64,000 nucleotides of DNA from Bacteroidales bacterium UBA1176. GTDB lineage: Bacteria > Bacteroidota > Bacteroidia > Bacteroidales > WCHB1-69. The notes under the pieces were generated by a model, which was given only the letters and a program-made list of their open reading frames with translations, did not search any database and had not been told where the DNA came from. The DNA lies in the NCBI GenBank assembly GCA_002311645.1, contig DBYW01000011.1, forward strand, positions 10,739 through 74,738, in the 5' to 3' direction. Position numbers and translations under genes: made by a program. Positions 1 through 10,256 of the stretch are shown here, one piece after another. The stretch's first letter is position 1. Every line of letters starts with the position of its first letter.

Positions 1-96
1 GGCAAGAAGTCTTTGGCCGAGTTGGAAGAGCTTGTGAAATCCAAAGGTCTGGAATTTGGTATGAATATTTCAAAATATAACTTAGATAACGAATAA
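1..96 (+). CDS. rpoA: DNA-directed RNA polymerase alpha subunit, C-terminal fragment (5' end outside window)
   Basis: Frame 1 is open from the window edge to TAA at 94-96 and reads [31 protein letters not shown]. The GKKSL..E motif is typical of the alpha-CTD. The position directly upstream of rplQ is canonical. Confidence 0.7.
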   Translation, partial: GKKSLAELEELVKSKGLEFGMNISKYNLDNE

Positions 97-101
97 TAAC
101 A

Positions 102-605
102 ATGAGACACGCTAAAAGAATCAATCACTTAGGAAGAACGGACGCCCATCGGAAGGCTATGCTTTCCAATATGGCCACGTCCCTCATCATGCATAAGCGC
201 ATCAACACGACCCTGGCCAAGGCCAAGGAGTTGAGAAAATATGTGGAACCTTTAGTGACCCGCAGCAAGAGTGATACTACCCATTCCCGTCGTATTGTGT
301 TTGCCCAGTTGCATAACAAATATGCCATCAAGGAACTGTTCACCGAAATCGCTCCCAAGATTGCTACGCGTCCCGGTGGTTATACCCGTATCCTCAAGAC
401 TGGTTTTCGCAAAGGTGATAATGCTGAAATGTGCATGATGGAGTTCGTTGACTACAACGAGAACTACACCACGGAAGCTGGCACAAAGAAGAAGGCTACT
501 CGTACCCGTCGTAGCAGCAAGAAATCCACGCAAGCTCCCGCCGAGCCTGTTGCCGAAGCAGCTGTCGAGACCTCTGCTGAGGAAACTGCTCCCGCCGCTG
601 AATAA
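102..605 (+). CDS. rplQ: 50S ribosomal protein L17, with a basic then Ala/Glu-rich C-terminal tail
   Basis: 167 aa, [53 protein letters not shown] is the L17 signature N-terminus. It follows rpoA. Confidence 0.95.
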   Translation: MRHAKRINHLGRTDAHRKAMLSNMATSLIMHKRINTTLAKAKELRKYVEPLVTRSKSDTTHSRRIVFAQLHNKYAIKELFTEIAPKIATRPGGYTRILKTGFRKGDNAEMCMMEFVDYNENYTTEAGTKKKATRTRRSSKKSTQAPAEPVAEAAVETSAEETAPAAE

Positions 606-632
606 AGCAAACACTATCCTCATGATATCCAA

Positions 633-658
633 GGCCGCTCGGAAGAGCGGCCTTTTTT
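633..658 (+). terminator. Rho-independent terminator after rplQ
   Basis: GGCCGCTC (633-640), GGAA loop, GAGCGGCC (645-652), then TTTTTT (653-658). Confidence 0.7.
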
Positions 659-735
659 GTCAGCTTGTCTCACGTCTGAGTGTTCAAAAGTCAAACAAGA
701 ATGTGCCGATGTGACGGTGCTATCCGATTATTTGC

Positions 736-743
736 TACTTTTG
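736..743 (+). promoter_or_regulatory. Bacteroidota -7 promoter box (TAnnTTTG) for the GH20 gene
   Basis: TACTTTTG lies 21 nt upstream of the ATG at 764. Confidence 0.4.
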
Positions 744-763
744 CACCCTCCAACACACCCTCT

Positions 764-3295
764 ATGAATATTCGTAACACAATCCATCTCGGACTCACGC
801 TCATAGGGCTTATCTGCCTCCTCGGCACACTGTCCAGTATCGCTCAGAATATCGGAGTCATCCCCGCGCCACAACATGTGGAATTCCAGTCGGGCAGCTG
901 CCTGATTTCCGAAAACACTCCTGTGGAGAAAAAGCTTGTGGATAAACTGCCCATTGACACGAACATGGATCAAGGCTATATCCTTGAAATTCTGCCCGAC
1001 CGGGTGGTGATGACCGCTGTCACAGAGACGGGACTCTATTATGCCGAGTTGAGCCTGCAACAGATTTGCAAGCATTATCAGAACAAGGTTCCGTGCATGC
1101 GCATCACCGATTATCCCGCACTCCAATATCGCGGCTGGATGGACGACATCAGTCGCGGACCCGTGCCCACCATGGAGTTTTTGAAGCGTGAAATTGCGAC
1201 CTTGGCGCAGTACAAGATGAACTTTTTCAACCTCTATACCGAGCATCTGTTCAAGTTGGACGACTATCCCGACATTGCGCCGGGAGACGGACTCACCGCT
1301 GCGCAAATCAAAGAGTTGGAGGAGTACGCCGCCCAGTTTCATATTGAATTCTTCGGTAACCAGCAGTGTCTTGCCCACGCTGAGAAGACCCTCCGAATCC
1401 CGTTCTATCAGGATATGGCCGACACCAAGTTCAATGTGAATCCTGGTGCTGACAAGACCCGTGAATTCCTGCAATACCAGATAGAAACCGTGGCAAAGAC
1501 GTACAAGTCTCCCTTCTTCAACATCAACTGTGATGAGACGGAGGCCTTGGGCAACGGCAAGGCGCGTCAATATGTGGAGAACCATGGTGGCGCTTCACAG
1601 GTCTATGTGGACCACATCCGTTGGGTGTACGATATTCTGCGCAAACAGGGCAAACGGGTGATGATGTGGGGTGACATTGCCGCCAAGGATCCCGAAATCG
1701 TGCGGCAACTCCCCAGGGATATGCTGATGATCGTGTGGATGTATGCTCCCTCCGACAGCTATGATGATATGTTCAAACCTTTCGCCAAGGCGGGCTTCGA
1801 CTTTATGGTGGCGCCAGGCATGAGCATGTGGGGAACGGTATACCCCAGCTATGACACCTACACCAAGAATATCGCCAATCTGGTGCGAGACGGGTATCGG
1901 CATGGTGCTATGGGCATGATGAACACCGCCTGGGACGACTCTGGCGAGTCGCTCTTCAACACCACCTGGCACGGGATGGCATGGGCGGCGGAGATGGCAT
2001 GGAAGCCCTTGCAGGAAACTGTTCCCGCCAAGGCTGACGCTGAACGCTCTGTCCGACTGGAGGACTTCAACCGCCGCTTTCAGGAACAATTCTACTATCC
2101 CGACGAGGTCCGCGAGTTGATGCGGCTATACGAGAGCTGCAACATCCCCCTCTTTTTCCAGAATGGTTCGCTGTATGAAAGCATCTGGGACAATTACGCC
2201 TCCAAGGTGAGCCGTGAGTATTTCGACAAAAATGAACAACTTCTGACGCAGAGCCATCAACTCCTCGGTAAAATTCCCGACAGTTGGGATATGGACCCCA
2301 TCCACAACGCCGTGGCGCGCTTCTTGCCATACGTCTTCTATCGACAGGACTACGTGATGCGGCGGAATATGTTCCGCTATGTCCTGCACCGTTTCTTGTC
2401 GGGAGACGACAGATATTCCGCTAAAGAGTTACTTCTTGGAAGAGACGAATTGAAAGAGCAATTGCACCAAGTCAAACGCGCCTATTTGCGGCTCTGGGAC
2501 GAGGAGTGCCGGCAGTACAGCCGTGACATTGTGGAGGCCCGTTTCGACCATGCTGCGCAAGAACTGCTCGATATGCCATATCATGTCCTCATCCAGTCGG
2601 AACTGAACGACAAGGGGGAGGCCGTGATTACGATGCGGACTCTTACCGACGGTCCGGCGATATACTACACCCTGGACGGGCGCGCCCCGCAGCAGGGGGA
2701 GAACTTGTATCGGGGGTCCTTCACCATCGCCCATTCCGCCAACGTGAAGGCGATGACGCGCAATGCGATGGGGGAGGAGGTGGTCTCCGAAAAGTATGTG
2801 CTGCTGCACCAGGGACTGGGTAAAATCGTGCGACTCAACACTCCTTACGCCACCTATCGTCCGCAATATGAAGCATCGGGTACACAGGCACTGGCCGATG
2901 GCGTTGTGGGCGGCCAGTCCTACGACGACGGCAACTGGCAGGGATACTGGGGCTCCGACATTGATGTGGAGTTCGACTTTGGGAAGAGCGTGCGCCTTGA
3001 CCATCTCAAGACCCGTTTCTTCCAGAACATCCACGACTGGATCATGGCCCCTACGACAGTGGAACTCTATGTCTCCAAGAATGGCCGCGATTACACGCTC
3101 TTCCGTACATTGGAGGTGTCAGGGGTGGACCACCATGCCTCCACCGGGGACATCTACACGCTCCAGATGGACAACCTTGGGCTGGACGCACGCTATGTGC
3201 GTGTTGTAGTGAAGAATGCCGGTCCGCTACCCGCATGGCACCAGGCCCCGGGACAACCCTCCTATCTCTTCTGCGATGAAATGATTTGGCAATAA
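764..3295 (+). CDS. Glycoside hydrolase family 20 beta-N-acetylhexosaminidase with a C-terminal discoidin (F5/8 type C)-like domain
   Basis: The ORF in the track is 680-3295. The likely start is ATG 764 (MNIRNTIHLGLTLIGLICLLGTLSSIAQ, a signal peptide). GH20 motifs seen: YRGWMDDISRGPVP and NINCDETEALG (catalytic D-E pair). The C-terminal ~150 aa (WQGYWGSD...YVRVVVKN) looks discoidin-like. Confidence 0.85.
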   Translation: MNIRNTIHLGLTLIGLICLLGTLSSIAQNIGVIPAPQHVEFQSGSCLISENTPVEKKLVDKLPIDTNMDQGYILEILPDRVVMTAVTETGLYYAELSLQQICKHYQNKVPCMRITDYPALQYRGWMDDISRGPVPTMEFLKREIATLAQYKMNFFNLYTEHLFKLDDYPDIAPGDGLTAAQIKELEEYAAQFHIEFFGNQQCLAHAEKTLRIPFYQDMADTKFNVNPGADKTREFLQYQIETVAKTYKSPFFNINCDETEALGNGKARQYVENHGGASQVYVDHIRWVYDILRKQGKRVMMWGDIAAKDPEIVRQLPRDMLMIVWMYAPSDSYDDMFKPFAKAGFDFMVAPGMSMWGTVYPSYDTYTKNIANLVRDGYRHGAMGMMNTAWDDSGESLFNTTWHGMAWAAEMAWKPLQETVPAKADAERSVRLEDFNRRFQEQFYYPDEVRELMRLYESCNIPLFFQNGSLYESIWDNYASKVSREYFDKNEQLLTQSHQLLGKIPDSWDMDPIHNAVARFLPYVFYRQDYVMRRNMFRYVLHRFLSGDDRYSAKELLLGRDELKEQLHQVKRAYLRLWDEECRQYSRDIVEARFDHAAQELLDMPYHVLIQSELNDKGEAVITMRTLTDGPAIYYTLDGRAPQQGENLYRGSFTIAHSANVKAMTRNAMGEEVVSEKYVLLHQGLGKIVRLNTPYATYRPQYEASGTQALADGVVGGQSYDDGNWQGYWGSDIDVEFDFGKSVRLDHLKTRFFQNIHDWIMAPTTVELYVSKNGRDYTLFRTLEVSGVDHHASTGDIYTLQMDNLGLDARYVRVVVKNAGPLPAWHQAPGQPSYLFCDEMIWQ

Positions 3296-3313
3296 TCTTT
3301 TAAGTTGATATTC

Positions 3314-4051
3314 ATGAAAAGAACATCCTTTATTTTGTTGATGGCGGTTGCTGCAATTGCATCCTCTTTTGCGCAGGGCGACTGTGGCACGGTGACCGAC
3401 CGTGATGGCAACGTTTATCAGACAGTGCAACTCGGCATCCAGTGCTGGATGCGTGAAAATTTGCGCGTTACCCATTTCCCGGACGGCAGGCCGTTGGCAT
3501 TGGGTGAAGAGACATCCGCAACAGAGCTTTTCTATTATTATCCAAACGGAGATTCCACGCAGGTTGCTCGAAACGGTCTGCTTTATAGTTGGAATACCTG
3601 TCTGACGGGCAAAAAGCCGACAGAGGCGGTACCCAGTGGCATCCAAAGCCTGTGCCCCGACGGTTGGCATCTCCCCTCCAACTTCGAGTGGATGAACTTG
3701 GAGGACTTTTTGGGGTACAAGGAGGAGCATCGGTGCGGCACCGACGTGAACAATGTGGCCAAGGCGATGGCTTCGCGCGAAGGGTGGCAATACAACTCCT
3801 TCTCACCCGCGCCTGAATGCAGCATTGCGGACGGCATGAAGAATAACAACTCCTCAGGCATGGACGTGCCGCCCGCCGGCAACTTCTTCCATACATTCGA
3901 TGGCTTTGGTGTCGATGCAGGTTTTTGGACCGCCTCCGATGGCAGCGAAGTGACGGCTCCCATTCACCATTTCTACATCACCAATGCCACCGTGGAAATC
4001 AATTGCACACCCAAAGAGGCCGCCTACTCGGTGAGATGCCTGAAAGACTAA
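3314..4051 (+). CDS. Secreted FISUMP-domain protein (Fibrobacter succinogenes major paralogous domain, TIGR02145-like)
   Basis: Signal peptide MKRTSFILLMAVAAIASSFAQ. Hallmark motifs: DRDGNVYQTVQLGIQCWMRENLR, then CPDGWHLPSNFEW, then YSVRCLKD. The track start at 3305 is TTG; ATG 3314 is preferred. Confidence 0.75.
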   Translation: MKRTSFILLMAVAAIASSFAQGDCGTVTDRDGNVYQTVQLGIQCWMRENLRVTHFPDGRPLALGEETSATELFYYYPNGDSTQVARNGLLYSWNTCLTGKKPTEAVPSGIQSLCPDGWHLPSNFEWMNLEDFLGYKEEHRCGTDVNNVAKAMASREGWQYNSFSPAPECSIADGMKNNNSSGMDVPPAGNFFHTFDGFGVDAGFWTASDGSEVTAPIHHFYITNATVEINCTPKEAAYSVRCLKD

Positions 4052-4117
4052 ACTGCCAAGCACATGGTATCCATCATCGCACAGGATAATGTATGATGGG
4101 CATTTGCCGGCTTGAAT

Positions 4118-5830
4118 TTATCGCCAGATGCTTACCACTTTGCGTATTCGTTTCGCCTTTCCTTCTTGATTCCACCAGCTAATCAGCGTCACGTAGGACC
4201 CTGACGGCAGAGGTTGTCTGTTGTCGTCGGTGCCATCCCAGCGGAACAGGGCTTCTGTACCGCAATATTCGTTGTTTGCCAACAGTCGGACGGGATGTCC
4301 ATGGCGGTCAAAAATTTGAATCGACAGCCGATTCTCCAATTGTGTGAAGCTGAGGGCAAACTCGGTATAGTCGTCGAATCCGTCGTTGTCGGGAGAGAAG
4401 ACTTCTGGTATGATGGTGATGTCGTCGCGGGGCAGTTCCGCTCCTGCTTGGGAGTTCTTGAATCCAGGGGTGGCATATCCGACGGTGGAGGCGGCGGAGT
4501 GCCAGTTGTTTTCGTCCTGCGTAGGGTGGTCCGTGCGCAGACGTTCTAAACTCACCCCTTCATCGGAGGAGAGCCCGGAATAGTGCATTTTATCGTTATA
4601 GGCAAAGCGATCGAGAACCTGCAGCCCGATGGTGGTGAGGAAGACCACACCCTCCGCGTTGGCGTAGGCCGGCAGAGAATCGCATTCCTGCAGGGCTCGC
4701 GGGTCGCGGCAGAAATAGTGTGCCGTGGTGTGAGTCCTATCCTTGCAGAGGGCGCAGTATTCGTCGGGGAACAGCTGCCGCCCAGAGCCAACGGCAATGA
4801 CGGCCTTGTTGGGCATGGTGTCTCCGCCAGAACCGATTTTGACCGTCTTGAGGTCGATGATCTTATTGGAGCAGTTGTATAGTTCCACAAAGTCGGCATC
4901 CGCACCCTCGAAGGGGTGTGAGAGTATCTCGTTGATGACGATATCTCCAGGCAAAGGTTGTTCGCTTGCGCCTATGGACAGGCACTCTGCGCGGATGACG
5001 TTGCCCACGCAGTCGCACAGCGAGCCGTCCGTGCAAAGCCTGTAGCGTATGCCTGCGGATAGAGGGTCGGCTATCAGGATGTCAAGAGCGTTGAAGTTGG
5101 GTGGCACCTCTCGGATTTCAACAATGTTTACAGATGGTTCTATGGAAATCCAGTCCATGGGTGGCAGAGGCAGCCGCACCGGCTCGGTAAAGAAGAGCCG
5201 TATGGTACTGCTGTCTATGAGCGTGAGCCGTTGCATTTCCGGCGGTTCATAGTCGCCGACATCCTGTCGGATTGCGTTGGGCATGCCGGGCGTGCCGCCT
5301 TCGGGGGACGTCGAGGAGTTCCAGTTCTCGCGCCCCGCACATGGTATGGCTTCGTCCATCATCTCTAAAGACCATCCTCCATCCTGCTTGATGCTTTCCG
5401 TGTGCCATGACTTGCGGAACGTGACAGAGTGTATGACGGAGCCCTGCTCATTGTACAGCGTGAGGCTCTGACCGCCATCGGTGATGCTGAGCGATGACAG
5501 GGTGTACAAGTGCGCGCAGTAGGGGAGAAACTCCTCCCGATATTTTTCTGCGATGATGACGCAATAACCGGCACTGTCTAACACAATGTCTGGAAGGTTC
5601 TTGGCGGTGTTGCCAATTTTAAGTTTCCAGTTGTTTAATGTGCATGGATGCGGCAGCCGATTGTGCAGTTCCACGTATTCTGCGGCGGGCAGGCCCACGA
5701 CAGGCGTGGGGTCGGCCATGATCTCGCTAATGACGATGTCGTAGCGCCCGATGGGTTGTGCGGACAGGCTCCAAAGGCCGGTACAGCATACTACTAATAA
5801 TAGGTGCAGATGTTTTTTCATACTGTCCAT
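4118..5830 (-). CDS. Lamin-tail-domain (LTD) protein with a T9SS type-B (CHU_C/gliding-type) C-terminal sorting domain
   Basis: Two LTD-like segments (ISEIMADPTP..AEYVELHN and INEILSHPFEGADADFVELYN). The C-terminus FSPDNDGFDDYTEF...IFDRHGHPV...WDGTDDNRQPLPSGSYV matches the type-B CTD pattern. The start is MDSMKK/MKKHLHLLLVV (5830 or 5821), not 5881. Confidence 0.7.
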   Translation of the reverse strand: MDSMKKHLHLLLVVCCTGLWSLSAQPIGRYDIVISEIMADPTPVVGLPAAEYVELHNRLPHPCTLNNWKLKIGNTAKNLPDIVLDSAGYCVIIAEKYREEFLPYCAHLYTLSSLSITDGGQSLTLYNEQGSVIHSVTFRKSWHTESIKQDGGWSLEMMDEAIPCAGRENWNSSTSPEGGTPGMPNAIRQDVGDYEPPEMQRLTLIDSSTIRLFFTEPVRLPLPPMDWISIEPSVNIVEIREVPPNFNALDILIADPLSAGIRYRLCTDGSLCDCVGNVIRAECLSIGASEQPLPGDIVINEILSHPFEGADADFVELYNCSNKIIDLKTVKIGSGGDTMPNKAVIAVGSGRQLFPDEYCALCKDRTHTTAHYFCRDPRALQECDSLPAYANAEGVVFLTTIGLQVLDRFAYNDKMHYSGLSSDEGVSLERLRTDHPTQDENNWHSAASTVGYATPGFKNSQAGAELPRDDITIIPEVFSPDNDGFDDYTEFALSFTQLENRLSIQIFDRHGHPVRLLANNEYCGTEALFRWDGTDDNRQPLPSGSYVTLISWWNQEGKAKRIRKVVSIWR

Positions 5831-5850
5831 TTTTGTTTGATTTCTGTTCG

Positions 5851-5867
5851 CAAAAATAGTATCTTTG
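5851..5867. promoter_or_regulatory. Back-to-back divergent -7 boxes (the minus box for the LTD gene, the plus box for asd)
   Basis: CAAAAATA (5851-5858) is TATTTTTG on the minus strand. TATCTTTG (5860-5867) is on the plus strand. Confidence 0.45.
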
Positions 5868-5914
5868 CAGGCAGAAGTCAAGAATTGTTAATAACTTTTT
5901 AGAATCGAAAAACA

Positions 5915-6898
5915 ATGATGAAAATAGCCTTGGTCGGAGCCACTGGATTAGTTGGTGGCGTTATGCGTAAAGTATTGGAGGAAAGAGGATTTGGAGACTG
6001 CGAACTCATTCCTGCCGCCTCAGCCCGTTCGGTGGGCAAAAAGGTGACATTCGCGGGGAAAGTGTGTAATGTGGTCTCGGTTGAGGAGGCCATCGAACAT
6101 GCTCCAAAGTATGCCATTTTCTCCGCTGGCAGTGGTCCGTCTCTGCAATACGCTCCTTTGTTTGCCCAGAAGGGCACGGTGGTCATCGACAACTCTTCGG
6201 CATGGCGCAGCAACCCCGACATTCCGTTGGTTGTGCCCGAGATCAATGGCGACGTGGTGCGCCCAAACGACTATATCATCGCTAACCCGAATTGCTCGAC
6301 TATCCAGATGGTCATGGCGCTGGCGCCGTTGCACAAACGTTATCGCATCAAGCGCATCGTTGTCTCCACGTATCAATCCATCACGGGTACAGGTATGAAG
6401 GCAGTCAACCAGCTGGCCAAGGAGCGCGCCGGTGAGCCTTGCGACATGGCATATCCATATCAGATAGACATGAATCTGTTCCCGCATGGCGGCACATTTG
6501 AGGAGAACGGCTATACAACAGAGGAGACCAAATTGTTGAATGAGACGCGCAAGATATTGCGAGACAATGAGATTCGCGTGTCTGCCACCGTTGTTCGCGT
6601 TCCTGTGACGGGTGGACACTCCGAGTCTGTCAATGTGGAGTTCTACGAGGATTTCGAACTGTCAGAAGTGTACGATTTGCTGAACAACATGCCTGGTGTT
6701 GTTGTACAAGACAATCCTGCCGAGAATCTCTATCCCATGCCGTTGTTTGCCAAGGACAAGGACGAGGTTTTTGTGGGACGCATCCGCCGCGACTTCTCGC
6801 AGCCCAAGACGCTGAACCTCTGGGTGGTGGCTGACAACCTTCGGAAAGGTGCTGCCACTAATGCCATCCAAATTATGCAGATGTTGCTGAAAAGGTAG
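5915..6898 (+). CDS. asd: Aspartate-semialdehyde dehydrogenase
   Basis: 327 aa. N-terminal Rossmann motif MKIALVGATGLVGG, active-site region IANPNCSTI, and an overall Asd-like sequence. Confidence 0.95.
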   Translation: MMKIALVGATGLVGGVMRKVLEERGFGDCELIPAASARSVGKKVTFAGKVCNVVSVEEAIEHAPKYAIFSAGSGPSLQYAPLFAQKGTVVIDNSSAWRSNPDIPLVVPEINGDVVRPNDYIIANPNCSTIQMVMALAPLHKRYRIKRIVVSTYQSITGTGMKAVNQLAKERAGEPCDMAYPYQIDMNLFPHGGTFEENGYTTEETKLLNETRKILRDNEIRVSATVVRVPVTGGHSESVNVEFYEDFELSEVYDLLNNMPGVVVQDNPAENLYPMPLFAKDKDEVFVGRIRRDFSQPKTLNLWVVADNLRKGAATNAIQIMQMLLKR

Positions 6899-6902
6899 GA
6901 TT

Positions 6903-6943
6903 TTGGCGGTTGGATGTTGGTAGTTGGTAGTTGGTGTTGGGAT
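6903..6943. repeat. Low-complexity TTGG-word array (complement of the CCAAC family)
   Basis: TTGGCGGTTGGATGTTGGTAGTTGGTAGTTGGTGTTGGG, directly after the asd stop codon. Confidence 0.8.
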
Positions 6944-7010
6944 TAATTACCTCATTGATTCTTTACAATAAAATTCCATATTTCCCGTTTCATGGGACGC
7001 GGTATTTTCG

Positions 7011-7018
7011 TATTTTTG
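7011..7018 (+). promoter_or_regulatory. -7 promoter box for the S41 peptidase gene
   Basis: TATTTTTG lies 16 nt upstream of ATG 7034. Confidence 0.4.
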
Positions 7019-7033
7019 CCGCCCTTATTGAAT

Positions 7034-8674
7034 ATGATGAAAAGAGTGCTATTGACTGTGGTAGCTGCCGTTTGTCTGACGGCGCCTCTCGCTGCCCAAA
7101 ATGATTTTGAAATTGCGAAGAATGTGGACATTTTCGTCTCCATTCTCAAGGAACTAAATGATAAGTATGCTGACGAGATTTCGCCTGGCGCGTTGACGCA
7201 GACCGCCATTGATGCGATGCTCAACTCGTTGGATCCCTATACGGTTTACTACCCAGAGTCGGAGATAGAGGATTTCCGTATGATGACCACTGGCCAGTAT
7301 GGTGGTATTGGGGCGCTTATCCAACAGCATGGCAAGGATGTGGTGATTTCCGAGCCCTACGAAGGAACCCCTTCCCAAAAGTCCGGTCTTCGTGCCGGCG
7401 ACGTGGTTCGCAAGGTGAATGGCCAATCCCTCGAAGGCAAGAACTCCTCCGACGTGAGTGCGGCTATGAAAGGCCAGCCTGGATCTACCCTCGTGTTGGA
7501 GGTCTTTCGTCCGTCGGAGAATAAAAACCTTACTTTCAACATTGTTCGTGAAGAGATCAAGATGCCCAACATCCCGTATTCTGGTATGTTGGACAAGGAG
7601 ATCGGCTATGTGAAACTTGACCAGTTCACCGAGAAGGCCAGCTCTGAGGTGCGCGAGGCTTTCCTCAAACTCAAGGAGCAAGGCATGAAATATTTTATCC
7701 TTGACCTACGCGACAATGGCGGCGGTCTCTTGAACGAAGCAGTCAACATTATGAACATCTTCGTGGACAAAGGCGTACAAATTGTCGAGACCAAGGGCAA
7801 AATTCCTGAACTGCAGCGCGTTCATAAAACTATGGCACCCGCAACAGACAAGGATATCCCGGTGGTTGTTCTTGTGAATGACCATAGCGCCTCTGCTTCC
7901 GAGATTGTCTCGGGCGCTTTCCAAGACCTCGACCGCGGTGTCATCGTTGGCAAGAAGAGTTTTGGCAAGGGATTGGTGCAGAATGTGTTGCCCCTTGATT
8001 ACAATACTTCTTTGAAAATTACGGTCGCCAAATATTATATTCCTTCCGGACGTTGCGTGCAAAATATCGAATATTTCGACAAGGATACTACTAAGGGTGC
8101 CTTCAAGATCCCTGATTCCTTGGCGGTTGCTTATAAGACGAAAAACGGACGCACCGTTTACGACAAAGGCGGCGTCGAACCTGACGTGATTACCGAAGAT
8201 AGTCTGCTGAGCGAGATTTTGCTTTCGTTGGTGACGCATAACCTCGTTTTTGACTTTGCGAACGATTATCGTGCCAAGCATGAGTCTATTCCGCCCGCCG
8301 ATCAGTTTACGGTAGATGACAAGCTCTATCAGGATTTTGTCGACTTTTTGAAGGACAAGGACTACTCCTATAAGACTGTCACCGAGGAGCTGCTTGAGAA
8401 ACTCAAAACGGCTGCGCAGGAAGATCGTGTCTTCAAGGACATTGAGCCCTATTACAATCAGTTGAAAGAAAAACTCAAACAGGAGAAGTCGGAGGATCTT
8501 ACTCGTTATAAGGATGAAATCCGTAAATACCTGGCTTCGGAGATTGTAGTGCGTTACTACTATCAGAAGGGCCGCATCATCAATATGCTTAGCGAAGATA
8601 ATGACATCGCTGTCGCCAAGGCCATCCTGCTTGACAAGGCTCGCTATAACTCTATTCTCTCCCCAAAAAAATAG
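7034..8674 (+). CDS. Carboxy-terminal processing (tail-specific) peptidase, family S41, with a PDZ domain
   Basis: Signal peptide MMKRVLLTVVAAVCLTAPLAAQ. PDZ region GLRAGDVVRKVNG. S41 core LDLRDNGGGLL and VLVNDHSASASEIVSGA...FGKGLVQ. Confidence 0.9.
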   Translation: MMKRVLLTVVAAVCLTAPLAAQNDFEIAKNVDIFVSILKELNDKYADEISPGALTQTAIDAMLNSLDPYTVYYPESEIEDFRMMTTGQYGGIGALIQQHGKDVVISEPYEGTPSQKSGLRAGDVVRKVNGQSLEGKNSSDVSAAMKGQPGSTLVLEVFRPSENKNLTFNIVREEIKMPNIPYSGMLDKEIGYVKLDQFTEKASSEVREAFLKLKEQGMKYFILDLRDNGGGLLNEAVNIMNIFVDKGVQIVETKGKIPELQRVHKTMAPATDKDIPVVVLVNDHSASASEIVSGAFQDLDRGVIVGKKSFGKGLVQNVLPLDYNTSLKITVAKYYIPSGRCVQNIEYFDKDTTKGAFKIPDSLAVAYKTKNGRTVYDKGGVEPDVITEDSLLSEILLSLVTHNLVFDFANDYRAKHESIPPADQFTVDDKLYQDFVDFLKDKDYSYKTVTEELLEKLKTAAQEDRVFKDIEPYYNQLKEKLKQEKSEDLTRYKDEIRKYLASEIVVRYYYQKGRIINMLSEDNDIAVAKAILLDKARYNSILSPKK

Positions 8675-8680
8675 CCTGAT

Positions 8681-10198
8681 TTGACGCGAGAACTCTTTCA
8701 TCATAAAGTCTACCTGTTTGGCACGATGGTGCTGGTCGCCTCCATGCCGCTGTCCCATTTCTCCATGGGGCTGACTTCATTCATCCTTTTTTTGAATTGG
8801 ATTGCGGAGTGGAATTGGAAAGACAAATGGAACAATCTGAAAGCCAACAAGGAAGGCCTTATATTTGCCGGTCTTTTCGTGGCATGCCTCTTGGGCCTTG
8901 TTAAAACGGAAAATTGGGCGTTCGCCTCGCACAACTTACTGTCCAAGCTGCCATTGTTTTTTGCCCCGATAGTGGTCATTACGACCAAGCCTTTTACCAA
9001 GAAGGAGTTGGATTGGATTCTGAACACATTTGTCGTCAGCACGGCATTCTGCTGCGTCTGTTCTGTCATCTATTGGCTGACCCATACCGTATCCAATATC
9101 CGGGAAATCTCGATTTTCATCGACCACATTCGTTTCAGCTTGTGCATTGACCTGTCCATCACGTTCTGTTTCTATTTCCTCACCCGGAGCCGCCAATGGC
9201 ACTGGTTGAATTGGATGTATTTGGCTGTGATGGTTTTCTTCGTCGGGTATCTGTTCTTTGCCCAAACCTTGACGGGCATTGTCATTTTGGCCGTTCTTTG
9301 TGTGGTGTTCTTGTTCTACGCCTTGATTTCCATGCCGTCAGGCTGGATTCGCGCCGTCTCGTTGTCCCTGCTCACGGCGGCTATTGTTGCAGGCACTGTC
9401 TATACCAGTCGGATTTGTGTCAAATATTTTAAGAACCAAGACCTCACGATTACGGAGACTCAGACGGCGTTGGGGAACGCGTACGAATTTGACGAAGAGA
9501 CGCCCGTGGAAAGTGGGCACCGCATCGGCTATTATGTGTGCAAGCCTGAGTTGCAGGCAGCATGGGCTCTCCGGTCCGACTCCCTGTACAACAGCTATCT
9601 GGAACAAACCCTGATACGTTATCTCAATTCCAAGGGCCTGCACAAGGACTATGCCGGTGTGATGGCTTTGGATGAGGATGATATTCGCAATGTGGAGCGC
9701 TACATTGCCAATTATGATTACACCCGTCCGTTTGGCCTTCGCCGCGTGCTTTACCAGAATTTCTTCAGCCTGTCAATGTTTTGGCAATATCGCTATATTG
9801 ATAACTCCACACTGTTGCAGCGCATCGAGTTATGGCGTGCCTCCGCTGCAGTCATAGAGGATAACTGGCTGTTAGGGGTCGGTGTGGGCGATTTCAAGGC
9901 AGCCTTGGACGAACAATTAGCTGCACAGAATTCAACCATCGCTTACAAGCAAAACCGTGGCAGTCACCAACAATTCCTTACATATTGGCTGATGGGCGGC
10001 ATTTTCTTGGTGGTATATTTCTTGTTTGTCCTTGTGTTTCCCTTCCTCAAAATGCGCAACAAGGTCACGCTTCTCTATATTGCCCTTATAGTCATTATTT
10101 TTGTGTCTTGTTTTGGCGAGGACACGTTAGAAACGCAAACAGGACGGATGCTGTTTTCTGTGTTTGCACCCATCCTGTTGTTTAGCTTGGATGATTAG
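8681..10198 (+). CDS. Polytopic membrane protein, O-antigen ligase/polymerase-like (Wzy_C-type)
   Basis: About 10 hydrophobic segments, a large loop, and a C-terminal RGSHQQFLTYWLMGG motif reminiscent of the O-antigen ligase family. The track start is TTG 8681; an alternative is ATG 8726. Confidence 0.55.
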   Translation: MTRELFHHKVYLFGTMVLVASMPLSHFSMGLTSFILFLNWIAEWNWKDKWNNLKANKEGLIFAGLFVACLLGLVKTENWAFASHNLLSKLPLFFAPIVVITTKPFTKKELDWILNTFVVSTAFCCVCSVIYWLTHTVSNIREISIFIDHIRFSLCIDLSITFCFYFLTRSRQWHWLNWMYLAVMVFFVGYLFFAQTLTGIVILAVLCVVFLFYALISMPSGWIRAVSLSLLTAAIVAGTVYTSRICVKYFKNQDLTITETQTALGNAYEFDEETPVESGHRIGYYVCKPELQAAWALRSDSLYNSYLEQTLIRYLNSKGLHKDYAGVMALDEDDIRNVERYIANYDYTRPFGLRRVLYQNFFSLSMFWQYRYIDNSTLLQRIELWRASAAVIEDNWLLGVGVGDFKAALDEQLAAQNSTIAYKQNRGSHQQFLTYWLMGGIFLVVYFLFVLVFPFLKMRNKVTLLYIALIVIIFVSCFGEDTLETQTGRMLFSVFAPILLFSLDD

Positions 10199-10256
10199 AT
10201 TTGCAACGACGGAGTGTCGGTTATCTCCTGTCGTGTAAAGGTAATTCCGAAAAAAC

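Noticed and set aside
680-763. N-terminal extensions in the ORF track. Examples are 680-763 for GH20, 34373-34549 for the T9SS protease, 39356-39478 for the GNAT, 41301-41336 for the kinase, 6992-7033 for the S41 peptidase, and 20539-20610 for the L,D-transpeptidase.
   Set aside because: Internal ATGs give canonical signal peptides or domain starts. The extensions run through -7 promoter boxes or the preceding gene's end, and several depend on TTG starts.
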